A stretch of 40,950 bases of DNA from Acidobacteriota bacterium (GTDB lineage: Bacteria > Acidobacteriota > Polarisedimenticolia > Gp22-AA2): the NCBI GenBank assembly GCA_003223145.1, contig QHXY01000150.1, positions 1 through 40,950 on the forward strand, read 5' to 3'. Every line of letters starts with the position of its first letter. Position 1 is the first letter of the stretch. Shown one piece after another: positions 22,157 through 32,642 of this stretch. The position numbers were made by a program, and so were the translations under genes. The notes below the pieces were generated by a model. It had not been told where the DNA came from. It was given only the letters and a program-made list of their open reading frames with translations, and made no database searches.

Positions 22157-23235
22157 GGCCCGTCGATCCGGCGGAGATCCGGCGGATCGTGATCCGGGTC
22201 AACAATTGGATCGGTGATGTGGTGATGATCTCGCCGGCCATGCGCGCCATCCGGGCGCACTTCCGGGAGGCCCGCATCGCCATTCTCGCCAAACGCTGGG
22301 TCCTGGAAACCCTGCGCGGCGATCCCTTCTACGACGACCTGATCGAGTATGACAATGCCGGGGCGCACCAAGGGCTGGCCGGGCGTCTGCGACTCGCGGC
22401 GGCTCTTCGCAGGGAGCGGTTCGACCTGGCGATTCTGTTCCAGAAGGCGTTCGACGCCGCGGCCCTGGCGCTGCTCGGCGGAGCGCGTTTTCGCATTGGA
22501 TACGCGACCGATGCTCGCTCGTGGCTCCTGACCCATCCCCTCAAGCCGCCGCCGTCCGAAACGCATCACGTGGAGGTGTTCCTGGGGATCGCGCGCGCCC
22601 TCGGATGCCCGATCATCGACGCGCTCCCCTCGTTCCATCTGAGCGCGGGTGATCGGGCGGAGGCGGGCTCGCTGCTCGATGCGGCCGGGTTCTCAGGGCT
22701 GAGACCTCTGGTGACTCTCCATCCCGGGGCATCCAAAGAACCGCGCGCCTGGCACCCGGATCGTTTCACGGATCTGGGGCGGCGTCTGGCGGAGAGAAAC
22801 GGGGCCCGCATCATACTCCTCGGAAGTACCGACGAACGTCGCCTGCTCGAGCGGATTGCAGGGGGAATTCCGAGGGATGTCGTCTTGCTTCCGGCCCCCG
22901 GGCTGCGGATCAAGGTGGCCGCCGCAATTGTCGAGCGGTGTCACCTGTTCGTCGGCAACGACAGCGGGCCGATGCACATGGCGGCCGCGCTCGGCGTACC
23001 CACAGTCGCGATTTTCGGGCCGGGGACGCCGCGGCGGACGGCGCCCCTCGCCTCGCGCGGCCGCATCGTGAGCCTCACGAAGGACTATCCCTGCTCTCCG
23101 TGCCGGCAGGACTTCTTCCGGGAGTGCCCGGCCTCGCCTGCGGGCAAGCCCTTTTGCCTCGAGGAGATCCAAATCGACGAAGTGGAGCGGGCCGCCGCCG
23201 GACTACTCGCGAGGGCGGAGGGAGCTGCCTCCTGA
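22153..23235 (+). CDS. glycosyltransferase family 9 (LPS heptosyltransferase), second paralogue
   Basis: Part of tracked ORF 21685-23235. GTG at 22153 overlaps the upstream TGA (GTGA). Motifs: RIVIRVNNWIGDVVMISPAMRAI...LHPGASKEPRAWHPDRF...VGNDSGPMHMAAALGVPTVAIFGP. Confidence 0.85.
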   Translation: MRPVDPAEIRRIVIRVNNWIGDVVMISPAMRAIRAHFREARIAILAKRWVLETLRGDPFYDDLIEYDNAGAHQGLAGRLRLAAALRRERFDLAILFQKAFDAAALALLGGARFRIGYATDARSWLLTHPLKPPPSETHHVEVFLGIARALGCPIIDALPSFHLSAGDRAEAGSLLDAAGFSGLRPLVTLHPGASKEPRAWHPDRFTDLGRRLAERNGARIILLGSTDERRLLERIAGGIPRDVVLLPAPGLRIKVAAAIVERCHLFVGNDSGPMHMAAALGVPTVAIFGPGTPRRTAPLASRGRIVSLTKDYPCSPCRQDFFRECPASPAGKPFCLEEIQIDEVERAAAGLLARAEGAAS

Positions 23236-24081
23236 GCGCGCGCCCGCAGACATGCGCCAGGAGATTCGTCTGAGAGTCAGCCGGGCGCGGTATCTCGCAA
23301 GACGCCCTAGCAGCTCACGCAGCCGATCTCGTTCGTGGCCGCAGTACCGCCGTAGGAACAGAACCTCCTCACGTGGCGTCAGGCGAACACGTTCGGCGAT
23401 CCATTTTTCGTACGATCGGAGAAGGCGAGCCAGGTTCCTGAAACGATCGGTGGTCGAGAGCTCGACGACAAACCGCCCCCCGTCCAAATCCAGGACATTC
23501 AGGATCTCGCCGTCGGGTCCCCGCTCCAGCACCAGATTGCTGACGTTGAGATCCGCGTGCAGGAATCCCGCCTGGTGCATGGCTCGCACCAGATCGGCGC
23601 ACATCACGAGAAGGCCCCGGCGGCGCAGTCGCGACGCACAGATTGGCGCCAGGTCGAGGAGGTTCTGGGCGCCGGCCAGCTCGCGCGTCACGACGGCCTG
23701 CGCGCGGAACAGACAAGCCGCCCGGCGTGATCCGGCAGCCAGTACGTCGGGAGTCGGCACGCCGGCCCGCTGCAGCCGCGCCGCGGCCTCCACCTGGCGG
23801 AGTGCCCGCCCCTCTCCCAGGTACAACCCGCCCAGCAGAGGTCCCAGCAACCCACCGCGCAGGCACCTCTTTCCGACTGCACGGCGTCCTGCGAGACAGA
23901 AGCGGACGATCGGCCCTCGCCCCGACCCTGTGGCGCCGTGTCTTGCCCCCGAACCGGAGAGAAGGAAGTCGGCTTCCCCCTTCTCGATGAGGGCCGCGCA
24001 TTCCGCACGGGTCTTCCAGACGCCTCTGGGAGAGCGGATTCTCACATAGGAAATTGATCGATCGCGCGGAGCATCCAACAC
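23203..24081 (-). CDS. lipopolysaccharide kinase family protein (Kdo/WaaP/InaA family; possible Kdo kinase)
   Basis: Part of tracked ORF 23203-24147; GTG at 24081 lies after the tatC stop. GFLHADLNVSNLVL...ILNVLDLDGG is the kinase catalytic-loop pattern. The genomic context is heptosyltransferases. The gene ends in TAG, and its last 33 nt overlap the convergent GT9 gene. Confidence 0.65.
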   Translation of the reverse strand: MLDAPRDRSISYVRIRSPRGVWKTRAECAALIEKGEADFLLSGSGARHGATGSGRGPIVRFCLAGRRAVGKRCLRGGLLGPLLGGLYLGEGRALRQVEAAARLQRAGVPTPDVLAAGSRRAACLFRAQAVVTRELAGAQNLLDLAPICASRLRRRGLLVMCADLVRAMHQAGFLHADLNVSNLVLERGPDGEILNVLDLDGGRFVVELSTTDRFRNLARLLRSYEKWIAERVRLTPREEVLFLRRYCGHERDRLRELLGRLARYRARLTLRRISWRMSAGARSGGSSLRPRE

Positions 24082-24097
24082 GCGCCCTCCCCCGACC

Positions 24098-24826
24098 TCA
24101 GCTCTTTTCGGTCGCGGGCGCCGCGGCGCGCTCGCGGCCGAAGACATGGGCCACCAGAATGCCGATCAGATAGAGGAGGATCATCGGCCCCGCGAAGACG
24201 CACTGGGTCACGACATCGGGCGTCGGGGTGATCACCGCCGCGACGATGAAGATGATCAGGATGGCGTATTTGAAATTGCGCCACAAGAAGCTCGCGGACA
24301 CCAGCCCGAGCCGGGCCAGAAAGTAGATCACGGTCGGGAGCTCGAAGACCAGCCCCATCCCAAGGACAATCTTGCTCTCGAAGCTGAACAGACTGCTGAC
24401 CCTGAGCGTAGGCGTGAACTCCTCGGCGATTCCCAGCAGGAACTTGCATGCTATCGGGAATCCGATCGTGTAGCCGAAGGCACCGCCCGCCAGGAAAAAC
24501 ACCGTCGCGAAGGCAATGAAGGGGATCGCATAACGCCGTTCGCGCGGGTACAACCCCGGTCTGATGAACGCCCACAACTGATAGAGCACAAACGGAGAGG
24601 CGAGAAACAGCGCCGCCAGGAATGCGACCTTCATGTACAGCATGAACGGCTCGGTCAGTTCGAGAAAGACGGGCTTCTGACCGTGAAGAAACGGCTGGAG
24701 AGGCGACAGGAAGAAGTCGAGGATATGGCGCGCATACGTCAGACAAAGGGCGAACGCTCCGGCGACCGCAAACACCGACCGCAGGAGTCGCTTCCGGAGC
24801 TCCTCCAGGTGCTCCAGAAAGCTCAT
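24098..24826 (-). CDS. tatC: twin-arginine translocase subunit TatC
   Basis: Tracked ORF 24098-24865. ATG at 24826 gives MSFLEHLEELRKRLL..., the canonical TatC N-terminus. It has six TM segments. Confidence 0.9.
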   Translation of the reverse strand: MSFLEHLEELRKRLLRSVFAVAGAFALCLTYARHILDFFLSPLQPFLHGQKPVFLELTEPFMLYMKVAFLAALFLASPFVLYQLWAFIRPGLYPRERRYAIPFIAFATVFFLAGGAFGYTIGFPIACKFLLGIAEEFTPTLRVSSLFSFESKIVLGMGLVFELPTVIYFLARLGLVSASFLWRNFKYAILIIFIVAAVITPTPDVVTQCVFAGPMILLYLIGILVAHVFGRERAAAPATEKS

Positions 24827-24836
24827 TGTTGGAAGA

Positions 24837-25109
24837 TCAGCTGGGCCGGTCCCGCGTCTCGGCATCAGAAGTCGCGTTTTGATCCCGTTCCTCGCGAGGA
24901 CTGGTCAGGGCGTTGTTTTTGGCAGACGGGGGCTCCGCCCGGGACACCTCCGCATCGAGGGTGTCCCGCAGTTCCGAGGCCGCCTTGCGGAACTCCGCCA
25001 CGCCCTTGCCGAGCGTGCGTCCGAGTTCGGAGAGTTTGCGGGGACCGAAGATCAGCAGGGCGATGACGAAAATGACCAGCAACTCGGGACCGCCGATCGA
25101 TCCGAACAT
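24837..25109 (-). CDS. tatA: twin-arginine translocase subunit TatA/E
   Basis: Part of tracked ORF 24837-25199; ATG at 25109 follows GGGAGG. The sequence is [31 protein letters not shown].. Confidence 0.9.
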   Translation of the reverse strand: MFGSIGGPELLVIFVIALLIFGPRKLSELGRTLGKGVAEFRKAASELRDTLDAEVSRAEPPSAKNNALTSPREERDQNATSDAETRDRPS

Positions 25110-25278
25110 GCCTGTCGTCGCCTCCCGCGCCGCCGTCCATCCCCTGACCGGCGGTCTTGATGTCGACGTCGTCGACGTCTCACACCATCTTAACACCATC
25201 GTTCCAGCACGGGACGCGGCCCGACGCGGGATCCGTCAACGGATCGACAGGCATTACGTCCCGTGTTTCTGCGATTTC

Positions 25279-25307
25279 TTTACACGGGCCCGTGCGCGCA
25301 CTATAAT
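25279..25307 (+). promoter_or_regulatory. candidate sigma70-type promoter for the protease gene (TTTACA-N17-TATAAT)
   Basis: TTTACA lies at 25279-25284 and a perfect TATAAT at 25302-25307, 17 nt upstream of the start codon region. Confidence 0.5.
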
Positions 25308-25324
25308 TTGTCCTCAGCGCCTTG

Positions 25325-26932
25325 ATGGAGAGCTGGGTGCGCAGGAAATCGATTCTCGGTGGGTTGGCTTTTGTTATCGCCGGCGGCCTCGCCGGCGGGA
25401 TCCTTGGCGGCCGGACCGCCTCGGTTTCCGAGCGCACGGGCGAACAACTCGCGACCTATACCAATCTTCTGAGCCTGGTCCAGTCCCGGGCGGCGGAGCC
25501 GGTCGAGCCTCGAGTCGCGATCGAGGGCTCAATCCGCGGCATGCTCAGGACGATGGATCCGCACTCAAACTACCTGGATCCTGAAGACTACAAGCACATG
25601 CTGGAGGAGCAGCAGGGCAGCTTTTCCGGACTGGGTATCGTGATCTCCAAGCCGTCCAATGACAAGCCTCTAACCGTGATCTCGCCGCTCGAGGGGACCC
25701 CGGCGTGGAACGCCGGGATCCGGGCGGGCGACATCATCTCGCAGATCGAAGGGGTGGACACCCTCGATATGACGATCGACGAGGCCCTGAAGCGGCTCAA
25801 GGGACCGAAAGGAACCAAGGTGACGATCACGGTCACCCGGCCGGGTGATGCGGAGGTCCTGCATTTCACCATCACGCGAGACGACATTCCGACCAACAGC
25901 ATCCGGCAGGCCTTCATGGTCCGCCCGGGCACTGGGTACGTCAAGATCGAGAATTTTACGCGCACCACGGACCATGAGCTTGACGAGCGGATCCGGGCGC
26001 TGCAGAAACAGGGCATGACACGTCTCATCCTCGATCTTCGGCGGAACCCGGGGGGCCTGCTGGAGCAGGCAGTCCGGGTTGCCGATCGCTTTCTGAAGAA
26101 GGACCAGATGATCGTCTACACTCACGGACGTATCAGCGGCGCCGACCAGGAGTACCGCGCGACCGGCGCGGGTGACCATCTCGAGCTTCCCCTCGTAATG
26201 CTCGTAGACAAGTACAGCGCCAGCGCCTCGGAGATCGTCGCCGGGGCCATTCAGGACCACGATCGCGGTCTGATCGTCGGGGAGACGACGTGGGGTAAGG
26301 GCTTGGTGCAGACGGTTTACCCCCTCAGCCAGGACGCGGCACTGGCGCTGACCACCGCCCGCTACTACACACCGAGCGGCCGACTGATTCAGCGTGACTA
26401 CAACTCGCTCGAGGACTACCTGTCACACGATGAGAAGGACGAAGACCTCATCAAGGTGTCGAAGGAGGTTCGCCGCACCGACGGCGGCCGGACCGTCTAC
26501 GGAGGCGGCGGAATCCACCCCGATGTCGTCGTGATCGATCCGACGCCGCCGGTCGTCGATCTGCTCGAGCGCGCCCAGATGTTCTTCCACTTTGCCGTGG
26601 AATACAACGCGAAGCACAAGGGACTTCCACGCTCGTTCGAAGTGACCCCCGCGGTCCTGCTGGAGTTCGAGGAATTCGTCAAAACCAGACAGGACTTCCA
26701 GGATTTCCTCAAGGCGCGCGGGGTGAAATGGGCCGCCGCGGATATTGACGCGAACGCCGATCGGATCAAGGGGGAGATCAAGGAGTCGATCGTCTCCGCG
26801 CTTTGGGGCCTTGAGGAGGCTTACAGGGTCCACGCGGAGATCGATCGACAGCTCCAGAAGGCCCTGGACCTCTTTCCCCGGGCCCAGGAGTTGGCTGCGC
26901 TTCCGGGAGCGGGGCCCCAGACGGAGCGTTGA
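25325..26932 (+). CDS. S41 C-terminal processing (tail-specific) peptidase with PDZ domain
   Basis: Tracked ORF 25322-26932 (TTG at 25322, ATG at 25325). It has an N-terminal TM, a PDZ domain (GLGIVIS...GTPAWNAGIRAGDIISQIEG) and the S41 core (YSASASEIVAGAIQDHDRGLIVGETTWGKG). Confidence 0.9.
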   Translation: MESWVRRKSILGGLAFVIAGGLAGGILGGRTASVSERTGEQLATYTNLLSLVQSRAAEPVEPRVAIEGSIRGMLRTMDPHSNYLDPEDYKHMLEEQQGSFSGLGIVISKPSNDKPLTVISPLEGTPAWNAGIRAGDIISQIEGVDTLDMTIDEALKRLKGPKGTKVTITVTRPGDAEVLHFTITRDDIPTNSIRQAFMVRPGTGYVKIENFTRTTDHELDERIRALQKQGMTRLILDLRRNPGGLLEQAVRVADRFLKKDQMIVYTHGRISGADQEYRATGAGDHLELPLVMLVDKYSASASEIVAGAIQDHDRGLIVGETTWGKGLVQTVYPLSQDAALALTTARYYTPSGRLIQRDYNSLEDYLSHDEKDEDLIKVSKEVRRTDGGRTVYGGGGIHPDVVVIDPTPPVVDLLERAQMFFHFAVEYNAKHKGLPRSFEVTPAVLLEFEEFVKTRQDFQDFLKARGVKWAAADIDANADRIKGEIKESIVSALWGLEEAYRVHAEIDRQLQKALDLFPRAQELAALPGAGPQTER

Positions 26933-26962
26933 GGCGACAACCCGCCGAGTCCTCCCCCGTCG

Positions 26963-27625
26963 TCAGTTCAAGTTGACCCGGTACAGGATCTCCGCGAATG
27001 GCCGCCGGTGATAGGCGCGAATCTCCGTCTTTCGGTGCTCCAGGGGCATCGTTTCGAAACGCTTGAGGTACTGCCAGGCCAACCTGGCCGCTTCACGATA
27101 CCTTTCCGCATCACCCCCCTCGCGCTCGCTGTACCTTTCGAACAAGTGGAACCTCGCCCACTGTTTCAGAGCATCTCCCAAACGCCTCCGGCCGGTTTGC
27201 CTGCCCAGGAAATGTATGACCATGAGGTACTTGGTGACGCATGCATGATGCTCCAGCTCAAGAAGCGTCACGGCCCTGCCCTCCGCCGCGCGACTGGCCA
27301 GAGTGAGCAGGTGGTCGACCTCCTCGACCAAAACCGCAAAAGCCGCGATATTCACGTCGCCGACACCATGGAGCGGATTGAACCTCTCCAGGTGCCGCAC
27401 CAGGGAATCCGGATAGTACAGGGCGGCTCGAACAGACTGCCCCAGGTCGCGGACCAGGACGCGGGCTCCTTCTTCCTGTTTCGAGCAGGCGATTCCGCCA
27501 TAAATGGAACGAAGCCCTTGATCCCCGACAATGAATGCGCTGATATCCGGGATGAGGGAGGGAATGCCGTATGTCCGCTCGATGATCCCCTTGAGGACCT
27601 CCACGAGAGGCACCGTCTGATTCAT
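26963..27625 (-). CDS. hypothetical protein (no recognisable domain)
   Basis: Tracked ORF of 220 aa with sensible composition and codon usage. It is transcribed divergently from groES. I do not recognise the family. Confidence 0.55.
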   Translation of the reverse strand: MNQTVPLVEVLKGIIERTYGIPSLIPDISAFIVGDQGLRSIYGGIACSKQEEGARVLVRDLGQSVRAALYYPDSLVRHLERFNPLHGVGDVNIAAFAVLVEEVDHLLTLASRAAEGRAVTLLELEHHACVTKYLMVIHFLGRQTGRRRLGDALKQWARFHLFERYSEREGGDAERYREAARLAWQYLKRFETMPLEHRKTEIRAYHRRPFAEILYRVNLN

Positions 27626-27744
27626 GCTCTGCCTTCTCCCATGGGCGTTTAGAGGATCCGCCGTCGCCGATAGTATAGCCTCCGGGTGCTGTCAGGTACC
27701 AGGCTGAGGCTCCGAGATTCGGGGTTTTTCACCCGCGAGACCTC

Positions 27745-27773
27745 TTGACAGCCGCGGCCGGTCTAGTTACTAT
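27745..27773 (+). promoter_or_regulatory. groESL sigma70-type promoter (TTGACA-N17-TACTAT)
   Basis: TTGACA lies at 27745-27750 and TACTAT at 27768-27773, abutting the CIRCE operator. This is the classic HrcA-controlled arrangement. Confidence 0.7.
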
Positions 27774-27799
27774 TAGCACTCGTGAACATTGAGTGCTAA
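27773..27799 (+). promoter_or_regulatory. CIRCE operator (HrcA binding site)
   Basis: TTAGCACTC-GTGAACATT-GAGTGCTAA is a perfect match to the consensus TTAGCACTC-N9-GAGTGCTAA. It lies 67 nt upstream of groES. Confidence 0.9.
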
Positions 27800-27865
27800 C
27801 AATGGCTGCACGCGGCACAAACCACATTTCATTCAGGGTCCAATCCCAGCAGGAGGGAACGAACG

Positions 27866-28153
27866 ATGAAGGTGAAGCCTCTACACGACCGCGTTCTGGT
27901 GAAGAGAGTGGATCCCGAGGAGAAGGTCAAGGGAGGGATCATCATTCCCGACACCGCCAAGGAGAAGCCGCTCGAGGGCAAAGTCGTGGCGGTCGGGGCC
28001 GGACGGCTCGATGACAACGGCAAGCGGATTCCGCTTGAGGTGAAGGCCGGTGATCGCGTGCTCATCGGCAAGTACGCAGGCACCGAGATCAAGATCGACG
28101 AGATCGAGCACGTGATCGTCCGCGAGGAAGAAATCCTCGGTGTCATCAGCTGA
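27866..28153 (+). CDS. groES: co-chaperonin GroES
   Basis: Tracked ORF of 95 aa, [14 protein letters not shown]...[23 protein letters not shown] at 27851-27857. Confidence 0.97.
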   Translation: MKVKPLHDRVLVKRVDPEEKVKGGIIIPDTAKEKPLEGKVVAVGAGRLDDNGKRIPLEVKAGDRVLIGKYAGTEIKIDEIEHVIVREEEILGVIS

Positions 28154-28208
28154 TCGGGCACGGTGCCCATTCGCAATTCAGCGATATAACCCTAAAGGAG
28201 GTCATTGA

Positions 28209-29840
<1,632 letters not shown>

Positions 29841-29918
29841 AGTTTTCCGGCCGGCCGCTCGCGCGACCCTGCGTGGCAGCGCAACCGGTCGAATCGGTAG
29901 CTGTCCTGCAAGTCAAGG

Positions 29919-29948
29919 GCCCCTCGCGGTGCGAGGGGCTCTTTTTTT
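29919..29948 (+). terminator. intrinsic terminator after groEL
   Basis: The stem is GCCCCTCGC / GCGAGGGGC with a 3-nt loop, followed by TCTTTTTTT. It sits between convergent genes and may also serve the minus-strand gene weakly. Confidence 0.8.
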
Positions 29949-29972
29949 GTCGCCGGGGGGGCCCGGGGCGGG

Positions 29973-30731
29973 TTAGAAGCTCTGCTCTCCGAGCGAGAAA
30001 CCGTTGAACGATTCCGACACCACGACGTCCTTCGGGAGCTCGAGGCGGAAGCGAGTGGCGGCGACCTCGACGTTGGTACGGACATCATGGAATGTGAGCA
30101 GCGTCGAGTCGCCATCGGCCTCGACATACTGCAGCTGGCGCGGAAGGTAGGTCGAAGTGTCTACCCAGATCTTCATTTCGGCAACCCGCTCACGCAGTTT
30201 CTTCTTGCGCGGCACCAGGAGCAGGAGATGGGTGTCCTTCAAGTCGGATTGCGGTGCCAACTGGAACTCGTAATACTTCCCGAGCTCGTCGATGGACTGC
30301 CCCAGTCCGATGAAGCGAAATAGGCGCTTCCCGACGAATTTCTTGATCGGAACTTCTTCGGCCCTTTTCAGCGCGGGGTAGTAAGCCACGTACATGTCCT
30401 CCGTGATCACGAAGACCTTGTGATCAGGCTCGACGTATTCCCAGCGCACCTGGTTCGGCCGGTTGTAGTAGAGCTCCCCGCGCGACAGCACCGGTCGCGC
30501 AAGAAGCTTCAGATCCTTCTTCTCGGTGAAGGCGGCGACCAGAGTCGAGGTTTCTATCTGCGCTCGATCGAACGCCTGCAGGATACGGGCGAGGACCGGG
30601 TTGGTCGGTGAATCTGAAGGGGCCGCGCTGTTCTGCGCGTCATCGGGAGTCCGTGCGGCGACAGAAAGAGCGGGACAGGCGAGAATCATCGCGATCGCAA
30701 GAATCCGAAGAGCCGTGGGAACCCGGATCAT
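29973..30731 (-). CDS. LolA-like outer-membrane lipoprotein carrier / lipoprotein-sorting fold protein
   Basis: Tracked ORF 29973-30749; ATG at 30731 follows GGAGG. It has a signal peptide (MIRVPTALRILAIAMILACPALSVAA). F.Q......L..P..S.G.L.Y..P...RWEY..P-type LolA motifs are present (LARPVLSRGELYYNRPNQVRWEYVEP). The gene ends in TAA. Confidence 0.65.
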   Translation of the reverse strand: MIRVPTALRILAIAMILACPALSVAARTPDDAQNSAAPSDSPTNPVLARILQAFDRAQIETSTLVAAFTEKKDLKLLARPVLSRGELYYNRPNQVRWEYVEPDHKVFVITEDMYVAYYPALKRAEEVPIKKFVGKRLFRFIGLGQSIDELGKYYEFQLAPQSDLKDTHLLLLVPRKKKLRERVAEMKIWVDTSTYLPRQLQYVEADGDSTLLTFHDVRTNVEVAATRFRLELPKDVVVSESFNGFSLGEQSF

Positions 30732-30855
30732 CAGTCGTGACCTCCGCACAATCAGGACTCAGACAATTTAACAGACGGAAATCGCTCCGTCAAGCAACGA
30801 TCTAAAGACCGCCTCGCTGGACAATCCGCGAAGAAGCGGTCCCCGAGGGATCGAT

Positions 30856-30884
30856 TTGACAAATGCGTCATCGCCCTGGATCAT
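30856..30884 (+). promoter_or_regulatory. candidate promoter (TTGACA-N17-GATCAT) giving a leaderless or near-leaderless transcript
   Basis: TTGACA lies at 30856-30861 and GATCAT at 30879-30884. The ATG at 30891 lies 6 nt after the -10, and there is no Shine-Dalgarno sequence. Confidence 0.4.
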
Positions 30885-30890
30885 ACGTTC

Positions 30891-31400
30891 ATGCTGAAGT
30901 CCCGCACGGCGCTTGCGGTGCTCGGTTGCGCGGTGGCGCTGTGCGCGCTCCTCCTCGCAACCGGGGCGGGCGCGAGCGACGAGATGCTCCTCGGCCGGAC
31001 CCGGGCCTCCTCCATTCTCGCGATTTCCGAAGCATGGCAGAACGGCCGCGATTCCTACGAGCCCAATGCCGAAGACATCCGTGCCCTCGCCGCCCTGCGG
31101 TCGCCGGCGACTCTGGATGTCTATTTCGGAAGCTGGTGCGGCGACAGTCGCAGGGAGGTGCCGCACCTTCTCAAGATTCTGGATCTCGCCGCTCCCCGCG
31201 ATCTGCGCGTGCGCTTCTACGGCGTGGATCGCGCCAAGAAAGAGCCGGCGCGATTGGTCACGCGCGCCAGGATCGAGAGGGTTCCGACCATGATCCTGTC
31301 TGTGGGGAGGCGTGAGGTCGGCCGCATCGTCGAAACTCCAGAGTCCACTCTGGAACATGACCTCGCCCTTCTGTTCGAACGCGTTCCCGCGGAGCCGTGA
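30891..31400 (+). CDS. secreted thioredoxin-fold protein with CxxS motif
   Basis: Tracked ORF of 169 aa. It has a signal peptide (MLKSRTALAVLGCAVALCALLLATGAGA), VYFGSWCGDSRREVPHL and the cis-Pro region ERVPTMIL. Confidence 0.7.
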   Translation: MLKSRTALAVLGCAVALCALLLATGAGASDEMLLGRTRASSILAISEAWQNGRDSYEPNAEDIRALAALRSPATLDVYFGSWCGDSRREVPHLLKILDLAAPRDLRVRFYGVDRAKKEPARLVTRARIERVPTMILSVGRREVGRIVETPESTLEHDLALLFERVPAEP

Positions 31401-31417
31401 GGCCCGGGCCAGGCCTT

Positions 31418-32521
31418 CTAGAAGCGCATCTGGTCGCGCGCGAGGACGTCCCTCATCACCCTGCGGTGTATTTCCGCCCACTCCTCGTCCGGGATCTCCA
31501 GGAAGACTTTGACCACATCCGGATCGAACTGCGTGCCGCTGAACCGGAGAATTTCGCTCCGGGCCGCCTCGTAGGGCAAGGCCTTGCGGTACGGGCGGTC
31601 CGATGTCATGGCGTCCAGCGTGTCGACCACGGAGAAAACGCGCGCCCCGAGCGGGATGTCTTTCCCTTTCAGTCCGCGCGGGTATCCCGACCCGTCGTAT
31701 GTCTCCTGGTGGCTGAGAACGATCTCACGCGCCATCTCCAGAAAGTGAATCCCCTGCAGGATGCGGTAACCAATCTCGGGATGCTTGCGCATCTCCACCC
31801 ATTCCTCGGGAGTCAGCTTGTCCGGCTTGCGCAGGATCGCGTCGGGAATGCCGATCTTCCCCACGTCGTGGAGCAGAGCGCCGCGGTAGATGTCTGTCAG
31901 CTCGGGCTCCACGACCCCCATGCGACGGGCCACCGCCACCGTATAGGACGCGACGCGCAGCGAGTGACCGAGTGTCTCGGTGTCGCGCGTGTCGAGGGCC
32001 GTCGCCAGCGTCTCCAGGGTCGTCTGATAGGAGGACTTGAGACGGTCGAAAAGCTCCTCCACTTCCCGGTTCTTCCGGATCAGCTCGGCGGTGCGCTCGG
32101 CTACCCTGGCCTCGAGTGTTCTCTGGTACTCCCGATTTTCGCGAATCAACCGCCGCTTCTCCAGCGCCCTCTCGACCGTGATCCGTACCTCGGCCAGGTT
32201 GAACGGCTTCGTGAGGTAGTCGTAGGCTCCGAGGCGCATGGACTGGATGGCGGTGTCCACGTCGACGACCCCCGTCAGCATGATGATTTCGGTGTCGGGA
32301 TGAGTTTTCTTGATCTCCTGGAGGAGTTGCACGCCGTCCATCTCGGGCATGTCAATGTCGCTTACGACCAGCTCGAAGGAGCTCGCTCGAAGTTTCCTAA
32401 GACTTTCCGCGCCGTTGCACGCCGTCTCGCAGCGATAGCCGCTGCCGGAGAGACCCTCCGCGAGGAGATCGCGGATGACCGGGTCGTCATCGACGATGAG
32501 GATGTGGATTGAGTCGGGCAT
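31418..32521 (-). CDS. response regulator with HD-GYP (cyclic-di-GMP phosphodiesterase-type) output domain
   Basis: Tracked ORF of 367 aa. The REC domain has ILIVDDD...VVSDIDMPEMDG...KP. The HD-GYP domain has HSLRVA...LLHDVGKIGIPD...HQETYDGSGYPRGL. The gene ends in TAG. Confidence 0.9.
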   Translation of the reverse strand: MPDSIHILIVDDDPVIRDLLAEGLSGSGYRCETACNGAESLRKLRASSFELVVSDIDMPEMDGVQLLQEIKKTHPDTEIIMLTGVVDVDTAIQSMRLGAYDYLTKPFNLAEVRITVERALEKRRLIRENREYQRTLEARVAERTAELIRKNREVEELFDRLKSSYQTTLETLATALDTRDTETLGHSLRVASYTVAVARRMGVVEPELTDIYRGALLHDVGKIGIPDAILRKPDKLTPEEWVEMRKHPEIGYRILQGIHFLEMAREIVLSHQETYDGSGYPRGLKGKDIPLGARVFSVVDTLDAMTSDRPYRKALPYEAARSEILRFSGTQFDPDVVKVFLEIPDEEWAEIHRRVMRDVLARDQMRF

Positions 32522-32572
32522 TCAGCCTGTCCGATGGCGAGCGCGGCGAAGCGCCGCCCCGGCCGCATCGGG

Positions 32573-32601
32573 AATTTAGGTCACGCGGCCGGGCGTTGCA
32601 A
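32573..32601 (-). promoter_or_regulatory. candidate promoter for the HD-GYP regulator (TTGCAA-N17-TAAATT on the minus strand)
   Basis: The -35 is at 32601-32596 and the -10 at 32578-32573, inside the 121-nt gap between polA and the regulator. Confidence 0.35.
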
Positions 32602-32642
32602 TACCGGGGAACCGGCCCGAGTTGAAGGAGGCGGGATCGATT

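Noticed and set aside
30768-31481. 237-aa minus-strand ORF covering the thioredoxin-like gene region.
   Set aside because: The plus-strand ORF has a signal peptide, a WCGDS motif and a cis-Pro VPT motif. The minus-strand translation is low-complexity (RG-rich) with no motifs.
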